62,615 nucleotides of DNA, from NCBI GenBank assembly GCA_013388435.1, contig JACAFE010000079.1, positions 1 through 62,615 of the forward strand, given 5' to 3'. The notes beneath the pieces were generated by a model that made no database searches, was not told the origin of the DNA, and saw only the letters and a program-made list of their open reading frames with translations. A program made the position numbers and the translations under genes. Shown piece after piece: positions 9,436-20,034 of this stretch (positions within the stretch are counted from its first letter, which is position 1; each line of letters starts with the position of its first letter). The DNA is from Nitrospirota bacterium (GTDB lineage Bacteria > Nitrospirota > Thermodesulfovibrionia > Thermodesulfovibrionales > SM23-35).

Positions 9436-10555
9436 TCCTTGATTTTTGAACTTTGAGTTTTGAATTCTTTATTAAGCTGATTGCTATATCAACAACTTTT
9501 TCTGATGCATCCGGCTTGCTGACTGAAATGCAGCTTTTTTTCATTTCATTCCTGAGATTTTCATTAAAATACAGGTCCTTTATTTCTCCGGCGAGTTTCT
9601 CTCCGCTGAGGTCTTTATCAGTTATCATTTTTGCTGCTCCTATTTCCTGCAGTTTCCTCGCATTCAGCTCCTGATGATTGCCGGCAGCATACGGGTAAGG
9701 AATTAATATCGAAGGTTTTCCCAGAGATGTAATCTCAGCGAGTGTTGTAGCGCCTGCCCGTGAAATTACAATATCCGATACAACATAAGCTTCTCCCATT
9801 TGATAAATAAATGGCGCTATAATTCCCTTAAACTTTGCATTTCTGTATGCATCTCTTATATATTCATAATCAGAGGAGCCTGTCTGATGAATAAACTGGA
9901 TATCATCTTTGATGTCTTTTAGAAAATTGAATGCATCAATAATTGCAAGATTTATACTCCTTGCGCCTGAACTTCCGCCAAAAACTAAAATTGTAAAAAG
10001 ATTTCTTTCAATCGAGAAAATCTTATATGCCGATTCAACACTTCCTTTAAATACCTGAAGTCTTACAGGATTGCCTGTAAGAAAGGTATTGCCTTTCGGA
10101 AAATGCGAAATGCTCTCCTGATATGTTATGCATATTGCATCAACAAATTTCCCAAGTTGTTTATTAGTAAATCCGGGCTTTAGATTCTGTTCAAGTATCA
10201 TTGTAGGAAAAGACATAAGGTATGCGATCATCAGTATTACTCCCGATGCATATCCTCCGACTCCAATCACAATGTCCGGTTTTACAGAGGTCAATATATT
10301 GTATGAATCAAAGACCGCATAAACCATTTTAATTAAAGATTTAACCTTTCTTTTAATTGAAACTCCAACAAATCCTTCAGCTCTTAAAAACTTAATCGGG
10401 TATCCTTCTCTTGGCACAACCCTCGATTCTATCCCGTGCTCTGTGCCCACAAAAATAATTTCATTTGATTCATCCCTTTTTTTAAATTCTTCTGCAACTG
10501 CTATACCGGGGAACAAATGTCCTCCGGTTCCACCCCCGGCAATTATTATTCTCAT
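9416..10555 (-). CDS. murG: MurG N-acetylglucosaminyltransferase
   Basis: GGGTGGH, GGYAS, GNPVR, GGSSGA, SRAGA, HQELNA. Confidence 0.98.
   Translation of the reverse strand: MRIIIAGGGTGGHLFPGIAVAEEFKKRDESNEIIFVGTEHGIESRVVPREGYPIKFLRAEGFVGVSIKRKVKSLIKMVYAVFDSYNILTSVKPDIVIGVGGYASGVILMIAYLMSFPTMILEQNLKPGFTNKQLGKFVDAICITYQESISHFPKGNTFLTGNPVRLQVFKGSVESAYKIFSIERNLFTILVFGGSSGARSINLAIIDAFNFLKDIKDDIQFIHQTGSSDYEYIRDAYRNAKFKGIIAPFIYQMGEAYVVSDIVISRAGATTLAEITSLGKPSILIPYPYAAGNHQELNARKLQEIGAAKMITDKDLSGEKLAGEIKDLYFNENLRNEMKKSCISVSKPDASEKVVDIAISLIKNSKLKVQKSRSGVKSV
9439..9466. repeat. Heptamer tandem repeat (TTGANNT x4) inside the murG 3' end
   Basis: TTGATTT TTGAACT TTGAGTT TTGAATT; encodes the NSKLKVQKS tail. 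Confidence 0.6.
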
Positions 10556-11751
10556 CTTTCAAAAATTATCCTGTTGCCTTTATAATTTCTTTTAAAATTT
10601 CTTGACTCAACCTTTCTTTTTATTATCTTTTTCTTAATAATATTTTTATCTTCAGTTTCTTCATTTTCATCTTTCTTTGAAAGTCTTATAAGCATCCCGA
10701 TCGCAGCCATATTAACGAGCAAGGAAGACCCGCCATAACTAATAAAAGGAAGCGGAAGTCCTTTTGTAGGAACCATTCCTGTAACAACAGCAAAATTTAT
10801 CAAAGCCTGAAGAGCGATCATCAATGAAAGTCCTGTGACAAGGTAACCTATAAAAATATATTTTTTTGAAGCAGCAATCTTTATCCCTCTATAAAAAAGA
10901 ATTATAAAAAGAATAATAACGAAAATCGCTCCAATAAGTCCGAATTCCTCTCCAATTATTGAAAATATAAAATCTGTATGAGATTCAGGCAGGTAAGATA
11001 ATTTTTGTTTTGAACTCCCGAGCCCTACACCTGTTAACCCTCCGTTTCCCAGCGCAATAAAAGATTGAATAAGCTGGAAACCGGTTTTTTGAGGGTCTTC
11101 CCATGGGTTAATAAAAGAAGTTATTCTTCTGAACCTGTAAGGTTCCAGCGAAAGTTTTATTATCACAGGTATAGCCGCAAGAACAAGAATACCGATGTAT
11201 CTTATTCTTGTCCCTGAGAGAAAAAGCATGGCGATCGTAAGGAATGTCAAACTCATTACAGCTCCAAAATCAGGCTGCAAGATTATTATTAACTGGAATA
11301 TAAACATAACTCCTATTGGTTTTATAAAGGAGATAAAACTATCTGTTTTGTAATCAGGAGATGAAATATATTTTGCAAGAAATATGACCATTGCCATTTT
11401 CACGAGTTCTGATGGTTGAAATGTTGATGGCCAGAGTCTAATCCATCTTCTCGCGCCACCAGCTGATACTCCGATACCAGGCACAAAGACAAGTAAAAGA
11501 AGAATTAGAGAAATTATGAGCAAAGGTATTGCAAGTTTTTCGATTACAGAGGGTTTCAATCTATAAGCAATTGCCATAATAATAAAACCAACGACTATTG
11601 TGAAAAGATGCCTTTTGAAGAAGAAGAATTCAGTTGCTCCCTTTTTTATCAATACCGGAGTAAGAACAGACGTGGTGCTATAAATCATAAGGGCTCCAAA
11701 CCCTGTGAGTATCAAAGTAATAATAAGCAGACATTTATCCTGTCTTTCCAT
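10552..11751 (-). CDS. ftsW: SEDS peptidoglycan glycosyltransferase FtsW
   Basis: GARRW, FQPSE, QPDFG, LPESHTDFIF, ISYGGSS; multiple TM helices. Confidence 0.97.
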   Translation of the reverse strand: MERQDKCLLIITLILTGFGALMIYSTTSVLTPVLIKKGATEFFFFKRHLFTIVVGFIIMAIAYRLKPSVIEKLAIPLLIISLILLLLVFVPGIGVSAGGARRWIRLWPSTFQPSELVKMAMVIFLAKYISSPDYKTDSFISFIKPIGVMFIFQLIIILQPDFGAVMSLTFLTIAMLFLSGTRIRYIGILVLAAIPVIIKLSLEPYRFRRITSFINPWEDPQKTGFQLIQSFIALGNGGLTGVGLGSSKQKLSYLPESHTDFIFSIIGEEFGLIGAIFVIILFIILFYRGIKIAASKKYIFIGYLVTGLSLMIALQALINFAVVTGMVPTKGLPLPFISYGGSSLLVNMAAIGMLIRLSKKDENEETEDKNIIKKKIIKRKVESRNFKRNYKGNRIIFER

Positions 11752-13184
11752 TATTTGAGTCTCCTGACAATATCTTTGAATTGTCTCCCTCTGTCCTCAA
11801 AATCTCTGAACATATCAAAACTTGCGCATGCAGGTGATAGAAGAACAACATCTCCTTTTTTAGCTTCTCTTTGAGCAATTTCAATCGCGTCTTTAAGACT
11901 CGAAGCCGTGTAAGTATTAACAAGATCGCCAAGAGCTTTTTTAATTTTCACGGATGCTTCGCCAATTAATATCAGGGATTTTACTTTCTCTTTTACCAGT
12001 TCTCTCAGAGCAGTAAAATCTCCAGCCTTATCTCTTCCACCTGCTATTAAAATCACAGGAGATTCAAATCCTTCAAGTGACTTCATCACAGCTGCGACAT
12101 TTGTGCCTTTCGAATCATTGATATAACTCACACCATTTATCTCTCTTACAAATTCAAGCCTGTGTTCCAATCCTTCAAATTCTTTCAATGAATCTATAAT
12201 CGAATTTACAGGGCAACCTGCAAGGAGAGCCATGGCAGAAGCAGCCATGGCATTCTCCAGGTTATGTACTCCTTTAATTCTTATGTCATCAGCATTAATT
12301 AAAATAGAAGGATTTTTTTCTCCTGTAATATCAGGAATATTGCAGTAAATATATCCATCCTTTATATACATGCCTTTAACATCATGCTTTCTGCTGAAAA
12401 AATAAACCTGTGGTTTTATTGATTTTAATTCTGAATAGTACAATTTCCTTGTTTCATCGTCGTCATAATTAAGAACAAGATAATCTTCTTCTGTCTGATT
12501 CATGAATATCTTCGCTTTTGCATCTATATAATCTTTCATTGAATGGTATCTATCAAGATGGTCAGGGGTTATATTTAATAAGGAAGCTACTACTGGTTTA
12601 AATTTTTCGATTGCCTCGAGCTGAAAACTCGAGACTTCAACTACCACAAAATCAACTGTCTTTTTATCAGCCCGGACGCCGGCAGATTTTAATATTTCTT
12701 CTGTTAAAGCATTACCAATATTGCCTCCGAGCAGGGTTTTGAAACCACCTTTATTCATCATAAAATCAAGCAGGGATGTTGTTGTTGATTTTCCATTTGT
12801 GCCTGTTACAGCAAGAAATCCTTTATTGCAATTAATTATCCGCTCTTCTTCATTCAGTCCAGACACTGTTATTCTATAAGCTAATTCGAGTTCACCTATT
12901 ACAGGCACGCCATTTGACCTTGCAAGAGATAAAGGGCTTATATCAAGAGGAACGCCGGGACTTACGACCACGAGATCAGCTTCCTTGAATAAATATTCAG
13001 GATGTGAACCTAATACAAGCTTAACTTTTTTATTTATATTCTGAATATAAGATTTTAATTCGTCCTCTCGTTTAATGTCAGTTACAGTTACATCAGCGCC
13101 CATTAAAGAAAGCAGGTTGGCTGCGCCTGCTCCGCTTCGAGCAAGTCCCACTATTGTGACTTTTTTCCCTTTAACTTTTTTCAA
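11751..13184 (-). CDS. murD: UDP-N-acetylmuramoyl-L-alanine--D-glutamate ligase
   Basis: GLARSG, SPGVP, TGTNGKSTT, EVSSFQL, NDSKGTN, SPACASFD. Start placed at TTG 13184 after AAGGACAGGAG; the ORF-track extension to 13313 overlaps the upstream gene. Confidence 0.95.
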   Translation of the reverse strand: MKKVKGKKVTIVGLARSGAGAANLLSLMGADVTVTDIKREDELKSYIQNINKKVKLVLGSHPEYLFKEADLVVVSPGVPLDISPLSLARSNGVPVIGELELAYRITVSGLNEEERIINCNKGFLAVTGTNGKSTTTSLLDFMMNKGGFKTLLGGNIGNALTEEILKSAGVRADKKTVDFVVVEVSSFQLEAIEKFKPVVASLLNITPDHLDRYHSMKDYIDAKAKIFMNQTEEDYLVLNYDDDETRKLYYSELKSIKPQVYFFSRKHDVKGMYIKDGYIYCNIPDITGEKNPSILINADDIRIKGVHNLENAMAASAMALLAGCPVNSIIDSLKEFEGLEHRLEFVREINGVSYINDSKGTNVAAVMKSLEGFESPVILIAGGRDKAGDFTALRELVKEKVKSLILIGEASVKIKKALGDLVNTYTASSLKDAIEIAQREAKKGDVVLLSPACASFDMFRDFEDRGRQFKDIVRRLK

Positions 13185-14286
13185 CTCCTGTCCTTTTTGC
13201 AAATTTAAAAGATTTCTTGTTCTTTGTTTTTGATTTTGCGATTTTATATTTTTTAATTTTTCCCTTGGCGTATATCTTTTCTTTCGAGGATTTAATCTTT
13301 GATTTTTTGGCAAAAGAGATTTTCTTGCTGGATTTTTTTATTTTATGGATTCTTTTTGATGGTTTAACAATACTATAATCATCAATTTCTGTGTTTGTTA
13401 CATAAAATACAGGATTTTCTCTATTATTCAGGACATCAAATCCTTTTGTTATGAGTAATTCTGTCTCTCTCCATAACTCTTCTCTGCTCGGACTTCCGAG
13501 AACAGCAACAACTATAGTATCGTTTTTTCTTTCAGCAGCACAAACAAAGCAATGCCTTGCTTTGTTTGTATATCCTGTTTTGCCTCCAACAAGATCATCT
13601 TCAGACCATAAGAGTCTATTTGTATTTCTTATTAATTTAGAGCTGCCATTAGTTGCAGAAACCTGAGTTACTCTCGTGCCGATAATCTCGCGAATTTTCG
13701 GGTATTTAAGGGCATAGCTCATAATTCTTGAAAGGTCATTAGCAGTTATATACTGACCGCTACCCGGGAGTCCTGTTGCGTTTATGAAAAACGTGTTTGA
13801 AGCCCCAATTGAAATAGCTTTCATATTCATAAGTTCTACGAATTTCTCTTCTGAGCCGGCAACCGCTTCTGCAAGAGCTACTGCTGCATCATTTGCAGAA
13901 CCTATTAATGCTGCATTTAACAGCTCTTCAACTGTCATCCTATCACCTGCCCTGAACCCTGCTTTGTGGGGTGGAACACGGGCAGCATTTTTGCTTATTG
14001 TGACGACGTCATTCAGATTGGCTCTTTCAAGTGTTATTATTGCTGTCATGAGTTTTGTAGTGCTTGCAGGGGGACATCTAAGATCAGGATTTTTGGCGTA
14101 TAATAGCCTGCCTGTTGACGCATCCATTACAACTACTGCCCTTGAAAGTATCTCCTGAGAGTAAGAAAATACAGGCAGAAGAAAAACAAATACAAAGAAA
14201 ATTACTAAAGATAACATCTTATTTTTAAATGAATATATTATTTTTTTTCTGCCAGAAATCCACGAATTTTTAAGCATAATTGTCAC
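13171..14286 (-). CDS. D-alanyl-D-alanine carboxypeptidase/endopeptidase (peptidase S11) with a Lys-rich C-terminal tail
   Basis: Signal peptide; SxxK (ASTTK), SxN (SAN) and KTG (GKTGYT) motifs; GTGA overlap with the mraY stop. Confidence 0.92.
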   Translation of the reverse strand: MTIMLKNSWISGRKKIIYSFKNKMLSLVIFFVFVFLLPVFSYSQEILSRAVVVMDASTGRLLYAKNPDLRCPPASTTKLMTAIITLERANLNDVVTISKNAARVPPHKAGFRAGDRMTVEELLNAALIGSANDAAVALAEAVAGSEEKFVELMNMKAISIGASNTFFINATGLPGSGQYITANDLSRIMSYALKYPKIREIIGTRVTQVSATNGSSKLIRNTNRLLWSEDDLVGGKTGYTNKARHCFVCAAERKNDTIVVAVLGSPSREELWRETELLITKGFDVLNNRENPVFYVTNTEIDDYSIVKPSKRIHKIKKSSKKISFAKKSKIKSSKEKIYAKGKIKKYKIAKSKTKNKKSFKFAKRTGVEKS

Positions 14287-15365
14287 CTCACTTTTAAAGT
14301 TGCCAGACTCAATAAAGCAAGAACTATTCCAATAATCCAGAATCTAACAATAACCTTTGGTTCTGGCCAGCCTTTTAATTCAAAATGATGATGTATTGGA
14401 GCCATTTTAAAAACTCTTTTCCCTGTTAATTTAAAAGAAGATACCTGAATCATTACTGACAATGTTTCAATCACGAATATGCCTCCGACAACAGCAAGAA
14501 CAATTTCGTGTTTTGTTATTACTGCTAATGTTCCGAGCGCGCCTCCCAGACTGAGTGAACCTACATCGCCCATAAAAACATCTGCAGGGTAGGAATTAAA
14601 CCATAAAAAACCCAGGGCTGCTCCGAACATGGCTCCGCAAAAAACAGTTAGTTCTCCTGTGCCGGGCAGGTAAAGAACCTGTAGATATTGCGCCAATCCT
14701 TTATGTCCTGAAAGATAAACGAGAACTCCATTTGCCAGCGCCGCAACAGCTACAAGTCCTATTGCGAGGCCGTCAATGCCATCTGTAAGATTTACAGCAT
14801 TTGAAGAACCAACTATTACAATTATTGAAAAAGGTATATAAATCCAGCCAAGCTCAAAAAGCCATTTTTTGAAAAAAGGTACACTAAGAACATCTGAATA
14901 AGGATCCTTTGGATTTAAATAAAGAAAAACACCTATTGCGATTGCAAGTCCTATCTGAAGTCCAAATTTTTGATATGCTCTTAGACCTTTATGAGTTTGA
15001 CGATAAACTTTGAGATAATCATCAAGAAATCCGATAAACCCAAACCCTAAAAGAGATGCAATCATTACCCATATATAGATATTTTTTAAATCACCCCACA
15101 TCAACATTGAAAGCATTATACAAGTAATAATCAGAATTCCACCCATTGTCGGAGTGCCTGCTTTTCCGAGATGAGCTTTGGGGCCATCGTCTCTTATTTG
15201 TTGGGTAAGGCTTAATTTTCTTAATTTTTCTATCATCCATGGTCCCAATAACAAAGAAAGAAAAAGAGCTGTCAAAATAGCCAGAGATGTTCTGAAAGTA
15301 ATATATCTGAATACATTAAGAGGAGAAAACCAGTCATGAAGGCTATATATTAAACTGTACAACAT
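14283..15365 (-). CDS. mraY: Phospho-MurNAc-pentapeptide transferase
   Basis: TPTMGG, LDDY, NAVNLTDGIDGL, FMGDVGS, APIHHHFE. Confidence 0.99.
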   Translation of the reverse strand: MLYSLIYSLHDWFSPLNVFRYITFRTSLAILTALFLSLLLGPWMIEKLRKLSLTQQIRDDGPKAHLGKAGTPTMGGILIITCIMLSMLMWGDLKNIYIWVMIASLLGFGFIGFLDDYLKVYRQTHKGLRAYQKFGLQIGLAIAIGVFLYLNPKDPYSDVLSVPFFKKWLFELGWIYIPFSIIVIVGSSNAVNLTDGIDGLAIGLVAVAALANGVLVYLSGHKGLAQYLQVLYLPGTGELTVFCGAMFGAALGFLWFNSYPADVFMGDVGSLSLGGALGTLAVITKHEIVLAVVGGIFVIETLSVMIQVSSFKLTGKRVFKMAPIHHHFELKGWPEPKVIVRFWIIGIVLALLSLATLKVR

Positions 15366-16702
15366 AGTTCCTCCATAACTTTTTCCATTCCCATTCCCCT
15401 TGAACCTTTAATAAGAACCGAGTCTCCTTCTTTTAATATTTTGCTAAGTATCTTTCCTGCTTCAGAAGCTGTATCTGATGTGTAAACAGTTCCTTTGAAT
15501 TCATCAGAAGCTGTTTTCATTAAAGTTCCCACAGCTATAAAAATATCTATATTAAGTTTTGATAGTATTCTTCCGATATTTCTATGTGCTTCTTCAGCAT
15601 ATGAGCCAAGTTCAAGCATATCCCCTAAAACTGCTATGGCTCTTTTCTTTTTTGTTCTTGAAAGTTCTTCAAGAGCACCTTGAACAGAATCAGGATTTGC
15701 ATTATACATGTCCTTAATAAAAGTAACTCCATCAATATAAGAATATTCAAGCCTCATCGGAACACCTGTAAAAGATTTAACAGCTTTTTGAATGTTTTTT
15801 AGCGGAATTCCTATTTTGTAAGCGATAGAGGAAGCAGCAAGTATATTATAAATATTAAAAATTCCTGATATTGAAGATTCTATTCTTATACTTTCTTTTC
15901 CTTTGATATGCATCTCAAAATTTAGACCCTTTTCACGGAGTTTAATGTCTTTTGCATAAACATCAGAAATTTCTTTAGCAGAATAATAGATAAGCTCTCC
16001 ATTGAATTTTGAGCTGCTTATGCCTTCAACCATAAACTTATCATCAAAATTAACTGCTACAGTTTTTACAAATTCGAGCATCTCGAGTTTTGTTGAGCGT
16101 ATTGTTTCAATGTTCCCGAACCCCGAGATATGAGCATACCCTATATTAGTCAGTATCCCGTAATCAGGAAGAGCTATCTTACACAACTGTTTTATATCGC
16201 CACGACCACTTGCACCCATTTCAAGAACAATAGCTTCGTCTTCCTGTGTTAAATTCGTTAGACTTAGAGGAAGACCGATATGATTGTTAAGATTCCCTTC
16301 ATTTTTTAAAACTTTATATTCTGTTCCAAGAATTTCTGCTGTCAGTTCTTTGGTGGTTGTTTTACCATTCGTGCCTGTAATTGCAATAACAGGAATATTT
16401 CTTTTTAAGCGCATAAAACAAGCTAAGTCCTGCAAAGCTTTTAATGTGTCTTTTACAAATATAATGGTTTTATCTGTAATCTGTCTTTCTGGCTTTATAC
16501 TTACGAATGCACCATTTCCTGTTTTTATTGCATCGAGTAAGAATTCATGACCATCATTTTTTCTTCCTTTTAAAGGCACAAACAATTCTCCGTGTTTGAT
16601 CTTTCTTGAATCAATGCAGACCCTTGTAAATATATCCGCACCTTTACTGAGGATTTCTCCCCCGGTAGCTTTTAATATATCTTCTAATATTATAAGTCCC
16701 AT
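15350..16702 (-). CDS. murF: UDP-MurNAc-tripeptide--D-Ala-D-Ala ligase
   Basis: DSR, TGTNGKTTTK, NNHIGLP, YNANP, GDMLELG, KGSRG. Confidence 0.97.
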   Translation of the reverse strand: MGLIILEDILKATGGEILSKGADIFTRVCIDSRKIKHGELFVPLKGRKNDGHEFLLDAIKTGNGAFVSIKPERQITDKTIIFVKDTLKALQDLACFMRLKRNIPVIAITGTNGKTTTKELTAEILGTEYKVLKNEGNLNNHIGLPLSLTNLTQEDEAIVLEMGASGRGDIKQLCKIALPDYGILTNIGYAHISGFGNIETIRSTKLEMLEFVKTVAVNFDDKFMVEGISSSKFNGELIYYSAKEISDVYAKDIKLREKGLNFEMHIKGKESIRIESSISGIFNIYNILAASSIAYKIGIPLKNIQKAVKSFTGVPMRLEYSYIDGVTFIKDMYNANPDSVQGALEELSRTKKKRAIAVLGDMLELGSYAEEAHRNIGRILSKLNIDIFIAVGTLMKTASDEFKGTVYTSDTASEAGKILSKILKEGDSVLIKGSRGMGMEKVMEELCCTV

Positions 16703-16762
16703 GATTCAGATTAAACCTATCTTTTGAATCGTGTTAATAAATAAATTTTTATCATTATTTCT

Positions 16763-18322
16763 CTAAAATCTTTTTGTTATAGCTTCTTTTGCGATTTCTT
16801 TATCGCTAAAATGTTTTTTTATACCTTGAATTTCCTGATAATCTTCGTGCCCCTTTCCTGCTATTAAGACAATATCCCCTGTTTTTGCCATGTTTATAGC
16901 TTTGATAATAGCCTTTTCACGATCCGGCTCAATAATATAATTTTTGTTTACAACTCCTTTTTCTATATCATCTATAATCTCCAGAGGATCTTCTGTTCTT
17001 GGATTATCCGATGTAATAATAACGAAATCGCTGAGGGATGTTGCCGCTCTACCCATTGCCGGCCTTTTACCTTTGTCTCTGTCGCCGCCGCATCCAAATA
17101 CTGTAATTATTCCGCCCTTTTTTGATATAAGCAGGTTTTTAGAAGCATTGAAATCAAGGAGTTCTCTCGCTGTGATTATCAGTCTTTCAAGGGCATCTTC
17201 GGTGTGGGCATAATCTACGATACATAAAAAATCCTGGCCCATGTCAATTTTTTCAAACCTTCCAGGAACAATTTCAGTATTATTAATTCCCTCTGCAATT
17301 ATATTCAAAGGCACATTCATCGATTTCGCTGCTCCGGCAGCAGCCATGATATTGTAAACATTGAACATGCCGATTAAAGATGTATCTATCTCTATAGTTT
17401 CATCGTTAATTTGAAGCAGGAAATTCATCCCGTTATATGAAAAGTTGATTTTAGAAGCTGTAATATCAGAGCCGGGTTGAAGTCCAAAAGTAAGAATATT
17501 CAAAGTTGAAGAAAGCCATCTGACAGGAAGTAATTCAGAATAAAGCTGTTTGCCAAAAATATCATCTATGTTTATTATTGCAGCTCCATCTGAAGAAAGC
17601 AATTCAACAAATAATCTTCTTTTCGCGTGAAAATAATTTTCCATTGTTTTATGAAAATCCAGATGATCTCTCGTTAAATTTGTAAATACAGCGGCCTTAA
17701 ACTTTGCTCCATCAACCCTGTATTGAGCAAGTGCATGCGATGAAACTTCTGAGATAACATGTGTGCAACCTGCATCAAGCATGTCTTTTAAAAGATGCTG
17801 GAATTCAGGAGATTCAGGCGTTGTATGTATTGCAGGGAATATATCATCACCAATCATATACTGGATCGTTCCTATAAGGCCAACCTTACGTTCCCACAAT
17901 TCAAGAATTGATTTTAATATATATGTGATCGTAGTTTTTCCATTAGTTCCTGTTATTCCGATTAAATTTAATTTTTCAGAAGGTTTTCCATAAAAATTAT
18001 TTGATATGCAAGCGAGTTCTTTTCTGCTGTTTTCAACTCGAATAAATACAATAGGAATCTGCTCGCTATCTAAGGGATTAAATGACTTTATCTGTTCTTT
18101 ATTAAATTGTTTTTCATGCACAATCGCAACAGCACCTTTTTGTATGGCATCCCGAATAAAATTATGTCCGTCGAATTTTTCTCCACGAATCGCTACAAAA
18201 AGCCAGTCATGTTTAATCTGTCGTGAATTATAAGAAATACCTGAAATATCAACAGCATTCAGAATATTATTTTCCATGCTGTCAGTAATTTTACAGTTTT
18301 CAATTATTTTCCTTAAAATCAT
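16763..18322 (-). CDS. murE: UDP-MurNAc-dipeptide--meso-DAP ligase
   Basis: TGTNGKTT, EVSSH, DHLDFH, DYAHT, GCGGDRD, DNPR (DAP-type), GKGHE. Confidence 0.98.
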   Translation of the reverse strand: MILRKIIENCKITDSMENNILNAVDISGISYNSRQIKHDWLFVAIRGEKFDGHNFIRDAIQKGAVAIVHEKQFNKEQIKSFNPLDSEQIPIVFIRVENSRKELACISNNFYGKPSEKLNLIGITGTNGKTTITYILKSILELWERKVGLIGTIQYMIGDDIFPAIHTTPESPEFQHLLKDMLDAGCTHVISEVSSHALAQYRVDGAKFKAAVFTNLTRDHLDFHKTMENYFHAKRRLFVELLSSDGAAIINIDDIFGKQLYSELLPVRWLSSTLNILTFGLQPGSDITASKINFSYNGMNFLLQINDETIEIDTSLIGMFNVYNIMAAAGAAKSMNVPLNIIAEGINNTEIVPGRFEKIDMGQDFLCIVDYAHTEDALERLIITARELLDFNASKNLLISKKGGIITVFGCGGDRDKGKRPAMGRAATSLSDFVIITSDNPRTEDPLEIIDDIEKGVVNKNYIIEPDREKAIIKAINMAKTGDIVLIAGKGHEDYQEIQGIKKHFSDKEIAKEAITKRF

Positions 18323-20025
18323 CTCATTACCACAATATCAGGCTTATTTTGTTTTTCTTCAATCGGCACCTTTAAATAAGAAAGTGCCTGATTTGCTATA
18401 TCTCGAAAAACAGGGGCTGCAACCGCTCCACCATAAATCTGTCCCCTGGGCTCATAAATTACCACTATCATCGCAATTCGTGGATTATCCGCTGGAACGA
18501 ATCCTACAAAAGAACTTACATACTTTTCCTTTGAATATCTCTTTGTAGCAGGATTAATCATCTGCGCAGTTCCTGTTTTACCTGCAACATCATTGCCATC
18601 TATGGACGCAAGAGTTCCTGTGCCGCCTTCTTCAGTAACACTTTTAAGGATTTCCCTGAAAGTTTCTGCTGTCCTGCTTGAGATTATGCGTATTTTATCT
18701 CTGTCATTGAATGACGCAATTGTACGGCCATCAGGAGATATGATTTCTTTAACCACATGTGGTGTTACAAGATACCCGCCATTTGCAACAGCAGAGTAAG
18801 CGCGTAATATCTGCAAAGGTGTAACTGCAACTTCCTGTCCTATAGGTATAGCGCCTATGGAAGTCGCAGACCATTTTTCCGGTGGACGTATCCAGCCAGA
18901 AACTTCACCTGGCAGATCTATTCCTGTTTTTTCACCTATGCCCAACAATTTTGCGTATTTATACAATCTTTCTTTCCCCAATTTCATTCCAACCATTATC
19001 GAACCAACATTGGATGATTTCTGAATAACTTCTTTGAATGTCAGAACGCCGTATTTATGGACATCTCTGATTGTCTTGCCGCCAACTTCTATACCACCTC
19101 TGCTTACATCAAAGAGACTATTTGGTTTGAGAATTTTTTCTTCAAGAGCGCCAATGCCAATAACAATCTTAAATGTTGAGCCTGGTTCATAGCAATCTGT
19201 AATAGCCCTGTTGCGTCTTTCAGATGCATTTGCACTACTTCCCTTATTCAGGTCATAGTCAGGCAAATTTGCGAGCGCAAGAATTTCGCCGGTGAATGGA
19301 TCCATCATTATCACAGAACCAGCAGCAGCCTTCCATTTAGACATGGCTTTATCGAGTTCTTTTTCAATAATCTGTTGAAGAACTTCATCTATTGTTAATA
19401 CTATATTATTGCCCTTTATTTCTGTGATAACACCTGAAGAAAGAATTCTGCCGCCAGCATCCCTTTCCACGATTACTTTTCCGCCATTTGCCTTCAGATA
19501 TTTATCATATTTAAGTTCTATTCCTTCGAGAGACTGATTGTCGACACCGACAAAACCGATAATATGGGATGCGAGATTGGATTTTGGATAATATCTTTTT
19601 GCCTCGGTTAAAAAACCAAGCCCGTTTATTTTCAATGACTTTATTTTTTCTGCTTTTTCAGGTTCCATTTTCCTTCCAAGCCAGACAAACCTTCCCTGTT
19701 CCGGTATTTTTGCCAATATAGCCTCGGGTTTTTGACCCATTAAAGAAGCAAGAGTTCCTAATTTTTCATTTTCACGTGTAAAATTCTGTGGATCACAATA
19801 AACCGAATCAAGCTCTAAATTAAGAGCAAGTTCTCTTCCACGACGATCCACGATAATTCCTCTTCTTGCCTGTATGTCCTCGACCTTTATATATTGTTTT
19901 CTTGCGCTGTTAGCAAGAATTTTATGGTTGAAAATCATCAAATCAACAAGACGAAATATAACTATGAAAAAACTAAAAATTATAACAGTGTTGAGGATTA
20001 CAGCCCTTTTTTTATTCAACCCCAC
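18319..20025 (-). CDS. ftsI: Class B penicillin-binding protein FtsI
   Basis: RGIIVDR, EPGSTFK, SSN and KTGTAQ; position in dcw cluster. Confidence 0.95.
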   Translation of the reverse strand: MGLNKKRAVILNTVIIFSFFIVIFRLVDLMIFNHKILANSARKQYIKVEDIQARRGIIVDRRGRELALNLELDSVYCDPQNFTRENEKLGTLASLMGQKPEAILAKIPEQGRFVWLGRKMEPEKAEKIKSLKINGLGFLTEAKRYYPKSNLASHIIGFVGVDNQSLEGIELKYDKYLKANGGKVIVERDAGGRILSSGVITEIKGNNIVLTIDEVLQQIIEKELDKAMSKWKAAAGSVIMMDPFTGEILALANLPDYDLNKGSSANASERRNRAITDCYEPGSTFKIVIGIGALEEKILKPNSLFDVSRGGIEVGGKTIRDVHKYGVLTFKEVIQKSSNVGSIMVGMKLGKERLYKYAKLLGIGEKTGIDLPGEVSGWIRPPEKWSATSIGAIPIGQEVAVTPLQILRAYSAVANGGYLVTPHVVKEIISPDGRTIASFNDRDKIRIISSRTAETFREILKSVTEEGGTGTLASIDGNDVAGKTGTAQMINPATKRYSKEKYVSSFVGFVPADNPRIAMIVVIYEPRGQIYGGAVAAPVFRDIANQALSYLKVPIEEKQNKPDIVVMR

Positions 20026-20034
20026 CTCGTAATT

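Noticed and set aside
13185-13313. Basic N-terminal extension of MurD in the ORF track
   Set aside because: It is an alternative frame of the upstream peptidase's Lys-rich tail; MurD homology starts near TTG 13184
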